This document shows positions 51,097 through 58,772 of a stretch of 64,000 nt of DNA, in pieces (within the stretch, counting starts at the first letter, position 1; each line of letters opens with the position of its first letter). The notes under the pieces were generated by a model. It was given only the letters and a program-made list of their open reading frames with translations. It was not told where the DNA came from and did not search any database. The position numbers and the translations under genes are program-made. The stretch lies in assembly GCA_964426735.1 (NCBI GenBank), contig CAYRRP010000001.1, forward strand, positions 75,923-139,922, in the 5' to 3' direction. The stretch comes from an uncultured Candidatus Saccharibacteria bacterium (GTDB lineage Bacteria > Patescibacteriota > Minisyncoccia > Phycocordibacterales > DATDWN01).

Positions 51097-52413
51097 ATGA
51101 CTCGTCAATCCCTTATCGAATCAATCAAAAAGTTTCCAGAGACACCAGGGGTGTACTTCTTTACCCGACGCTTAGGTAATCCTAAGCGTTTAGGGTTGGA
51201 GTCAGACCCTAAATCACCGCGAATACGTAATAACCAGGTAAAGATTTTATACATCGGCAAGGCCACCTCTCTCCGCGACAGAGTGCGAAGCTATTTTTCC
51301 AACGATATTGCAGTCACTCGAGGTCCAAAGATTGTTGGCATGCTTGAGGAGTGTACAGATATTACGTTTGAAAAAACAGACTCAGTGCTTGAAGCACTTC
51401 TCCTTGAGGCTCACTTAATCAAAAAATATCAACCAGAATACAACACCAAAGAAAAGGATAATAAAAGTTTTTATTACGTTGTCATAACAAAAGAGGATTT
51501 CCCTCGAGTACTTTTGGTACGTGGGCGAGATATTCTCGTAGGGGCACTATCGACCAAGAAAAAAATTGATTACACGATCGCTCATTCATTCGGACCGTTT
51601 CCTTCAGGGCAGACACTTCGCGATGCACTTGGTCTTATTCGCAAAATTTTTCCATTTCGAGATAAATGCGTACCATGTGCAGATGAAAAATGTAAACCGT
51701 GTTTTAACCGACAGATCGGACTTTGTCCTGGTGTGTGTACGGGAGAAATTTCACAAGAAGCATACGGTGCCACTATCAAACACATCATCCGTTTTTTAAA
51801 TGGTGAGAAAAAAGCGATTGTAAAAGACCTGGAAAAACAAATGAAGGTTCTTGCGAAAGCACAAAAGTTTGAAGAAGCGGGAGAGTTGAAAAAGCAGATA
51901 TTTGCCCTGACACATATTCACGATGTATCACTCATTAAAGAAGAAAACTTTGAAGCAAAAGCCCCTTCTGGTTTTCGTATCGAATCATATGATATTGCAC
52001 ACATGTCAGGACAAAACATGGTGGGTGTAATGACGGTGCTTGAAGATGGGCAGATAGAAAAAGGGGAGTATCGTAAATTTAAAATACAACACAATACAGG
52101 TGCAGATGATACAAAAGCACTCAAAGAGGTGATTACACGCCGTCTTGGGCACAATGAGTGGCGATTGCCACAGCTTATTGTTGTTGATGGCGGTGTTGCT
52201 CAAAAAAAAGCAATTGAACGTGTGCTTAAAGAAAATATGGTAGGGATTCCGGTGGTCTCTGTGGTAAAAGATGAACGACATAAGCCAAAAGAAATTTTAG
52301 GGGACAAAAAATATTTGAAATATGAGAAAGAAATCTTGCTTGCCAATGCAGAAGCACATCGGTATGCGATTGGTTTTCATAAAATGTTGAGAAATAAAGG
52401 AATGCGAGGGTAG
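51097..52413 (+). CDS. uvrC: Excinuclease ABC subunit C (short form)
   Basis: GIY-YIG (PGVY...LYIGKA), UVR domain, YDIAH, VDGG. Confidence 0.9.
   Translation: MTRQSLIESIKKFPETPGVYFFTRRLGNPKRLGLESDPKSPRIRNNQVKILYIGKATSLRDRVRSYFSNDIAVTRGPKIVGMLEECTDITFEKTDSVLEALLLEAHLIKKYQPEYNTKEKDNKSFYYVVITKEDFPRVLLVRGRDILVGALSTKKKIDYTIAHSFGPFPSGQTLRDALGLIRKIFPFRDKCVPCADEKCKPCFNRQIGLCPGVCTGEISQEAYGATIKHIIRFLNGEKKAIVKDLEKQMKVLAKAQKFEEAGELKKQIFALTHIHDVSLIKEENFEAKAPSGFRIESYDIAHMSGQNMVGVMTVLEDGQIEKGEYRKFKIQHNTGADDTKALKEVITRRLGHNEWRLPQLIVVDGGVAQKKAIERVLKENMVGIPVVSVVKDERHKPKEILGDKKYLKYEKEILLANAEAHRYAIGFHKMLRNKGMRG
51159..51243. repeat. In-frame palindromic insertion in uvrC
   Basis: ctttacc/ggtaaag ends enclosing acgcttagg/cctaagcgt and tttaggg/ccctaaa hairpins. 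Confidence 0.7.
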
Positions 52414-52562
52414 TAGTCTATTTCTGTTTTGTTTCCGCTAAAATTTTTTCTCCCTGTCCCGCGCCATTTGGTGCGGGATTTTCTTTTGCACAAATACTTC
52501 GAAACAAAAAAATGAAAGGGTAAACTATACAGAGCACTTGGTACGCATGATATAATCTTTAC

Positions 52563-53528
52563 ATGAATACATCACCGATCAGAGTTGCAGTGTTACGGGG
52601 AGGACCATCTCATGAATACGATGTCTCATTACGTACGGGAAGTGAAGTGTTGAAACATTTACCTCCACAGTATAAAGGGATTGATATACTAATCGATAGA
52701 GATGGTGTGTGGCACATGAACGGCACACCAAAATCTCCCGAGAAAATTTTCCCACACATCGATATTGTATGGAATGCTCTCCACGGACACTTTGGTGAAG
52801 ATGGAAAAATCCAACATATACTCGAAATGCATGGTATACCACATACAGGATCTTCTGTGTTACCGAGTGCACTTGGAGTAAATAAAGTATTATCTAAAAA
52901 TGTGTTCGCAAAATACGGTATTCGCACACCACACTCTATTGCTGTACATAAAGATGAGATGTCGAATGCAAAAATACATGAAATATTTACGACACTTCCA
53001 CATCCTGCCATCGTAAAACCTGCGTCCGGCGGATCATCACTTGGTGTAAAAGTGGTACAAACCATTCCCGAACTTATTGAAGCACTTGAAGAAGCATTTG
53101 CATATGGAGAAAAGGTTGTTGTTGAAGAATACATCACTGGACGCGAAGCTACGTGTGGTATCATCTCAGGTTTTAGAGATGAAAATCTCTATGCGCTTCC
53201 TGTGCTTGAGGTAAAAAAACCAGATGGACTTTTACATCATACGTTTGATCATAAGATGGAGGGAGGAGTCGAGTTTGACCATATGAGTCTGACCGCACTC
53301 GAAAAAGCAGAAGCAAAGCGTGTAGCGATGCTTGCACATAAAGCTCTCGGACTCTCACATTATTCTCGCTCAGATATGATCGTACATCCAAAACGAGGAG
53401 TCTTTTTGTTAGAAGTAAATAGTCAACCAAGTCTGAAGGATGGAAGTTCGTTTGCACACGGACTTGAACATATCGGAAGCTCACTTTCTCAATTTTTGGG
53501 ACATGTGCTCGGAAGGGTGACAATATAA
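52563..53528 (+). CDS. ddl: Second, divergent D-Ala--D-Ala ligase family protein
   Basis: GGPSHEYDVS, HGHFGEDG, GGSSLG, SRSD, EVNSQP. Confidence 0.8.
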   Translation: MNTSPIRVAVLRGGPSHEYDVSLRTGSEVLKHLPPQYKGIDILIDRDGVWHMNGTPKSPEKIFPHIDIVWNALHGHFGEDGKIQHILEMHGIPHTGSSVLPSALGVNKVLSKNVFAKYGIRTPHSIAVHKDEMSNAKIHEIFTTLPHPAIVKPASGGSSLGVKVVQTIPELIEALEEAFAYGEKVVVEEYITGREATCGIISGFRDENLYALPVLEVKKPDGLLHHTFDHKMEGGVEFDHMSLTALEKAEAKRVAMLAHKALGLSHYSRSDMIVHPKRGVFLLEVNSQPSLKDGSSFAHGLEHIGSSLSQFLGHVLGRVTI

Positions 53529-53592
53529 TACATACATAGGCATTGTGTGAAAAAAGAGCGATGGACAAAGTTGTCCCTCGCTCTTGTTTTGT

Positions 53593-53997
53593 TCACCAGA
53601 CAATGCCTTCCTTCTGGAAAACATCAATAGTGTCTCTTTGCTGTCTCCAACAATCATGGATTGCCTGAGACTGTCTCTTCATGGCGCCGATTCCGCCCGG
53701 CTTCGTGGTCCACAGCACTGCACCGAATTTACATTTGTAGTTGCCAGGATGAAATGGTGCGGATTCACTTTTTTGATCCAGATTCTTTATCTGGACATAC
53801 CGCAAATTGTCGGCGGTCACTTGCAGTTTTTTTGCGTACTGGTCTACGCAATCCCAATGAGCTAGCCGTTTCTTTTCCTGAGAACGGTTCGGGTCTTTTA
53901 CGTTGAAAACGTACAAGCCATTTTCGCACGTATATTCCTTTGTCTCACCGAACACAACCCCAGCCGCAGCCAGGGCAATTACTAGTATGAAGAACAT
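53593..53997 (-). CDS. Secreted hypothetical protein with internal duplication
   Basis: Signal peptide, two YxCxxG...DC repeats, AGGAGG SD. Confidence 0.6.
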   Translation of the reverse strand: MFFILVIALAAAGVVFGETKEYTCENGLYVFNVKDPNRSQEKKRLAHWDCVDQYAKKLQVTADNLRYVQIKNLDQKSESAPFHPGNYKCKFGAVLWTTKPGGIGAMKRQSQAIHDCWRQQRDTIDVFQKEGIVW

Positions 53998-54080
53998 CAG
54001 GTGCCTCCTATGAATAGTATACCTAAACTAAAATATGTATATCAAGTTATAACGTGGTACAAGATATAATAAATACCGTG

Positions 54081-54455
54081 TCATCCGTTCAGTGTAAACA
54101 AATATACGCCGACAATAATAGCGACGATACCGTAAGTGATGAAGAATCGTCTTGATTTTTTGATAGCAATTTCACTCAGTAATTTCGGTGCAAAAATATA
54201 TACAATTCCTTTGAGTCCAACAAGCCATGCAAAGATTGTCACAATCATTCGCCATGACCCATCCCAGATGCTGTATGGTATAAGATACATTGAAGAGAGA
54301 AAGATGAGAATCACACCTGTCAGATACATAGTTGCCGGATGATCAAAGAAGTCTTTTAAAAGATGAGGGATGCTCTTGCGCTTAAAGATTATAAAGAATC
54401 CACTCATAATCAAATACACAGAAAGTATTTTTAAGGTAATCAATGTGGTATCCAT
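54081..54455 (-). CDS. Membrane protein (4 TM)
   Basis: Hydrophobic segments, W..IVT.FAW...LKG. Confidence 0.7.
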   Translation of the reverse strand: MDTTLITLKILSVYLIMSGFFIIFKRKSIPHLLKDFFDHPATMYLTGVILIFLSSMYLIPYSIWDGSWRMIVTIFAWLVGLKGIVYIFAPKLLSEIAIKKSRRFFITYGIVAIIVGVYLFTLNG

Positions 54456-54532
54456 AATATATGACTAGTTATTAATATAATAATTGTATACTTGATGGGG
54501 TGTAAAGCAAAAGGTGCATGTTCCGTGGTAGG

Positions 54533-54913
54533 TCATGCACCCTGTTTTGGTTTGCGATATATAAATATAAGATAGTTAAGTGATGCGATACCACCACAAA
54601 GAAGAATAATGGTGATCAGTATGTCAGGGACCTGAAAACCAAGGTGCTTGAGTTGCTCTACGACAAAAGGCTTGTAATCCCAACCTTGAGCGTATCCGGG
54701 ATGTGCGAGTTCTCTCAAATATCCTGATATAAGAGACAAGGGGCATCTAAAGCTGAAAAGCAGATTTAAGAGGAGGGTGTTTGCTACAAAAACACGGTGG
54801 ATAAATACAAAACGAGGACATTCTTTCTTTGAAACAAAGAAGCCAATAGTCCAATATGTTTTTATAACAAAATGGATGACATCCACAAGGAGAGCGAGGA
54901 TAGTGTATATCAT
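54533..54913 (-). CDS. DUF2784-like membrane protein
   Basis: LA..V..IH, FIH, RCPLS...LR. Confidence 0.6.
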   Translation of the reverse strand: MIYTILALLVDVIHFVIKTYWTIGFFVSKKECPRFVFIHRVFVANTLLLNLLFSFRCPLSLISGYLRELAHPGYAQGWDYKPFVVEQLKHLGFQVPDILITIILLCGGIASLNYLIFIYRKPKQGA

Positions 54914-55009
54914 TAAGGAACCTTTCTGTGAAAAGTTTAACATAAAAGAGTGTGTGCCTGATAAGGTGTAACTCAAATTGTGTGGGGATATGTAAAAAAG
55001 ACCTGCACT

Positions 55010-55306
55010 TCATGTGCAAGCCTTTTTGTTATCGGTTCCCTCAGTGATACGTGCGTAGTGACACCCATCATTTGGGGTCAGTCCCCAGATGATTCTCCAT
55101 CCTCGCTCCTCCCACCATTCTTCAGCGCGCTGGGTTACATATCGGTTCCACTCCTCCATGCGTTTTCTGGTGTTTTCGTGGGGATTGTTGAGGTGGATTA
55201 CCAGATCCGTCGGCGGGCTTATTCTAAGCCATTCATTTTTCCAGGTTTTTACCAGTTCTACATATTCACTAAAGTATATGTCGAACTGAGATTCTTCTTC
55301 GGCCAT
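55010..55306 (-). CDS. Hypothetical protein (SD-led cassette)
   Basis: GAGGAG SD, promoter, terminator. Confidence 0.55.
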   Translation of the reverse strand: MAEEESQFDIYFSEYVELVKTWKNEWLRISPPTDLVIHLNNPHENTRKRMEEWNRYVTQRAEEWWEERGWRIIWGLTPNDGCHYARITEGTDNKKACT

Positions 55307-55392
55307 ATTATATCTCTCCTCTGATGAGTGTAGCATGGGGGATAAAATTTACAAGAAAAGACCGCCCGATGAGGGGCGGTCTCTTTGAGGGG

Positions 55393-55584
55393 TTAGTTGG
55401 ACGTGAGGAAGCGTTTAAAACTCCAAAGCGCTAGAAATATCCCAAAAACGAATACGCTTGTTTTAAACACTGTCATGAAATCATAACACGGGATGGGCAC
55501 CCCGACGATGACAAACACTCGCCAAGCAAATGTTGCCACAAATGACATAAAAAATACAAAAACGAAAAACCGTATTATTGACAT
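55393..55584 (-). CDS. Small 2-TM protein (SD-led cassette)
   Basis: TTGACA promoter, AGGAG SD, terminator at about 55357-55386. Confidence 0.55.
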   Translation of the reverse strand: MSIIRFFVFVFFMSFVATFAWRVFVIVGVPIPCYDFMTVFKTSVFVFGIFLALWSFKRFLTSN

Positions 55585-55688
55585 GCTCTTTCTCCTATAT
55601 AAATAAAACATATTTATATAATTATGTCAATTTTATAACAGAAAACCCGCACAAGATACGAACGGGTATTTCCGTCCGCTGGTGCGGG

Positions 55689-56141
55689 CTAGTTTGCTTT
55701 GAGAGCAGCATGGATGGCCTGGAGCAGATTATCAAATCTGTATTCTTTCCTACAGTGTGAGACGTTTGGCATTTCGAAGGTAGAAGAGTCGATACATTCC
55801 TTGTCATTGCCAGTGAAGAAAATGACTGGCATATTCATACCCTCACTCCGCATCCACCTGAGCAGTCTTTCACCACCATCATGATTATCCCATTTCTTTG
55901 CCAGCCCAGGAAATTGGGCGGATATCTGCACAAGGTCTGCTTCCAGCGTTGCTGATTGTCCAATAAGTGGGAGAAGTTGTTCCATAATGACGACAGTCGC
56001 TCCTCTGTTGAAGTCTTGGTTTGAGATAAAACTTCCGGCACCTCGGAAAGCTTGGATAGTTGCCGACGGGAACTGATCTTGAAGTGTTTCCTTCATAGGT
56101 TCACTATCAAAATGGTCAGGTTCAACAATGACTAAGGTCAT
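55689..56141 (-). CDS. Atypical response-regulator receiver domain protein
   Basis: LVIVE, VVIMEQLLP, DGGERL, PVIFFTG, RK; phospho-Asp replaced by Glu. Confidence 0.65.
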   Translation of the reverse strand: MTLVIVEPDHFDSEPMKETLQDQFPSATIQAFRGAGSFISNQDFNRGATVVIMEQLLPLIGQSATLEADLVQISAQFPGLAKKWDNHDGGERLLRWMRSEGMNMPVIFFTGNDKECIDSSTFEMPNVSHCRKEYRFDNLLQAIHAALKAN

Positions 56142-56328
56142 AGTATTTGATTTTCTCCTATAGGTATTTATATAGGAAAATAGGGAAGTGTCAATAAATC
56201 CTACAGGAATCTCTCCTGCAACTTTTTCTCGCCGTCGCATGGAAAATTTTGGGCATCAGACTTGCGACATTGTTGTATTAAAATAATATAATTAGGAAAG
56301 CCACGGGAGCATGTGCTTTCCGTGGCAT

Positions 56329-56646
56329 CTATGTTGTACAGTAGTCTGGATGTTTGTTACTGACACGCCATCCGAGCTTGTTGAACTCATGGTTTTTGGG
56401 GATGTAACCATCCCAGGCGACCAATGTGAAGTTTTTGCAGTAGGTGGATTCAATTACCTTACCACAACGGACGTTATCCTCAGTTATCTCTAATCCTGGC
56501 AGGAGTTCCTTCATCTCTGCTACCAGTTCACGGTAGGCCTTCAGGGTCTCAGGGGTGTAACCGCGAAGAAGATGAATATTTGCCCACACATGAGTGTCCG
56601 TCGGCTGAAAATCCCGACGGATAAAAATATTTTTATGAATTGACAA
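56329..56646 (-). CDS. Hypothetical protein (SD-led cassette)
   Basis: TTGACA promoter, GAGG SD, TTG start, terminator at about 56296-56326. Confidence 0.55.
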   Translation of the reverse strand: MSIHKNIFIRRDFQPTDTHVWANIHLLRGYTPETLKAYRELVAEMKELLPGLEITEDNVRCGKVIESTYCKNFTLVAWDGYIPKNHEFNKLGWRVSNKHPDYCTT

Positions 56647-56878
56647 TTTGGTGTACCTCTATATAAATATAATCATACATAAATAAATATGTCAAGTATT
56701 ATAGATCGTACAGGGTACTCTTCCTATTTTTTGATTCGTCGTCACTTATCAAAAAAAGGACGCAGATTCGCGAAAACCGCTGGGGCGGTCGTAAACCGCG
56801 AATCCGTTCGAGTCCTGACGCAAAGCTCTGCTTTGCTTAGAGTCCACAAACAAAAAACGCCTCGCGGCGTTTCGTTTG

Positions 56879-56951
56879 TGGACCGTACAGGACTCGAACC
56901 TGCCACCCCATCATTGCAAATGATGTGCTCTACCAGATGAGCTAACGGCCC
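56879..56951 (-). tRNA. tRNA-Ala(TGC), CCA not encoded
   Basis: GGGCCGT/ACGGTCC acceptor with G3:U70, CATCA-TTTGCAA-TGATG anticodon arm, GGTTCGAGTCC T-arm. Confidence 0.97.
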
Positions 56952-57015
56952 AATAATGAAGACTTATACATAGTATCAAAACCAACTTAAAAATCAAATA
57001 GGTCGTATGAGGTAT

Positions 57016-57184
57016 AAAAAATGCCGTGCAGTTGCACGGCCGTGGTGGAAGTTTAGCCTTACAGTTATAAACCTAACTCACATGCAGGGATGAGAAAGGG
57101 AATTGGCTGCCAAGAGGAGGTTCTTGGTGTATACGTAACTGGTTATTCGATCCAGCTACGTCTTACACAAAGCTAAGCTTCCAT
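57016..57184 (-). ncRNA. Candidate multi-branched sRNA with anti-SD loop
   Basis: TTGCTA-16-TATAAT promoter, closing stem of about 15 bp, three inner hairpins, gccgtgca/tgcacggc-T6 terminator. Confidence 0.6.
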
Positions 57185-57427
57185 TCATGGATTATACAGT
57201 AGTATATTGTTTTAGCAAGAACACGTGTATAGATAGAAATACTTGCATTATGTAAATGGTATGGTATTATATATGTGTAGGATTGCTCATTGAAATCTCG
57301 TTACAGGAACCTCATTTCTTCTTTTTCGATCAGATATGGTCGCAAGGGAAGAGAGGGGTAGCCTGGCGATTAGCTGGCGTACTATGCTTGTCCGCATAGT
57401 ATACTGTCCTTCTCATAGAACACGAAT

Positions 57428-57610
57428 ATGAAAATATTCTCTGTTTTTGGATTAGGTTTGCTGATTGTCATGCTTCAGTTCCTAACTCCCGAGATTTTCT
57501 CTGGATTTGAGAACACACTCCTCGTGTTCTTTCAGACCATCCAGACTATATTGGCACAAAGCCAATCTGCGATGACTGCAGGGTTCATACCTCCGCAGAT
57601 GCCGCAGTAA
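57428..57610 (+). CDS. 60-aa membrane peptide with structured leader
   Basis: Hydrophobic N-terminus; about 150-nt leader after TTGCAT/TATTAT promoter. Confidence 0.6.
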   Translation: MKIFSVFGLGLLIVMLQFLTPEIFSGFENTLLVFFQTIQTILAQSQSAMTAGFIPPQMPQ

Positions 57611-57669
57611 TACACAGAAACCAGATTGGGATACTACATCCATCTGGTTTTTTGCTGTATGCTATATAT

Positions 57670-58113
57670 ATGATTCATGCACTTGATTTTCTTATTATTA
57701 GATTCTGTCGAAGTATGGCGGAGCCATTGTCTCGATTTGGATTGTTTGTAGTATTTTTTTGGTTTGGTGCACTCAAGGTTCTCGGTCTTTCTCCTGCGAG
57801 TCCACTTGTACAAGCGCTTTTTGAACATACGATACCGGTGATGCCTTTTTCATTATTTATTATTATTTTCGGAGTGCTTGAGATGTTGATCGGGGTGATG
57901 TTCCTTCTTCGTGGTGCTGAGCGTGCAGTGATACCACTTCTCTTTTTTCATATGGCAACAACTATCATGCCACTGTTTTTGCTTCAGTCAGTCACATGGT
58001 CTGGGTTTCTTATCCCAACGCTCGAAGGTCAATACATCATTAAAAATATTCTCATTATTGCGGCAGCAATCGGTATTGCGTCACATCTTCATCCACTCAA
58101 GAAAATTAATTAA
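57670..58113 (+). CDS. DoxX-like membrane protein
   Basis: FFWFGALK, GVLEMLIG, TLEGQYIIKN. Confidence 0.8.
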   Translation: MIHALDFLIIRFCRSMAEPLSRFGLFVVFFWFGALKVLGLSPASPLVQALFEHTIPVMPFSLFIIIFGVLEMLIGVMFLLRGAERAVIPLLFFHMATTIMPLFLLQSVTWSGFLIPTLEGQYIIKNILIIAAAIGIASHLHPLKKIN

Positions 58114-58771
58114 ATCTATATCGCACAAGCGTCCACACACCTCGCAATGCATCAATTGCTCTGATTTTCTTGCCCTCTGTGTGAGTTCGAGGGTGATATG
58201 AAATCGGTATTTCAATAATAGTCTTTTGTCGAAGAAGAATTTTTGCAGTGATTTCTGCTTCAATCTCAAAACCATTTGATACGAGATCTAGTTGTCGGGC
58301 GAGGTGAGAAGGTAGTATTTTATAACATGTATAAATATCGTAGAGGGTACTACCATAGAGTAGATTACAGAGAGATGAAAGGATATAGTTTGCGATACGG
58401 TTGAGGATGTATCCTTGGTTGCGTGAACGTTTGCCGTATATCACCATATCAGGACGAGTAATCGAAGACCAGAGCGTATGAAGTGTTTCAGGTAGGTATT
58501 CTAAATCTGCATCTTGAATTGCAATATAGTCTCCTGAAGCGTGGGATAGACCATGACGTACAGCACTTCCTTTTCCCTCATTTTCTTTGCGGATATAAAA
58601 AACAGTTTGAGAGGCGAGGTGTGATGCGATCTCTGGTGTACGATCTGTTGATCCATCATCGATGATGAGTATTTCATGTTCTGTGTGTGAAAATGCGCTC
58701 TGTACATGAAGTACTACATGCTCGAGAGTGTTTTCTTCGTTATATACAGGAATAATAATTGAAAGCTTCAT
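58106..58771 (-). CDS. Glycosyltransferase family 2 (DPM synthase-like)
   Basis: IPVYNE, DDGSTD, GKG, QDADLEY, FEIEAEIT. Confidence 0.9.
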   Translation of the reverse strand: MKLSIIIPVYNEENTLEHVVLHVQSAFSHTEHEILIIDDGSTDRTPEIASHLASQTVFYIRKENEGKGSAVRHGLSHASGDYIAIQDADLEYLPETLHTLWSSITRPDMVIYGKRSRNQGYILNRIANYILSSLCNLLYGSTLYDIYTCYKILPSHLARQLDLVSNGFEIEAEITAKILLRQKTIIEIPISYHPRTHTEGKKIRAIDALRGVWTLVRYRFN

Positions 58772-58772
58772 A

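Noticed and set aside
51159-51243. Intein or group I/II intron in uvrC
   Set aside because: Too short; no splice-junction residues or intron core
57016-57184. 6S RNA, SRP RNA or CsrB-like RNA
   Set aside because: Branched rather than rod-like; no SRP domain IV motif; CAGGGAT occurs once and on the strand opposite to the promoter/terminator polarity
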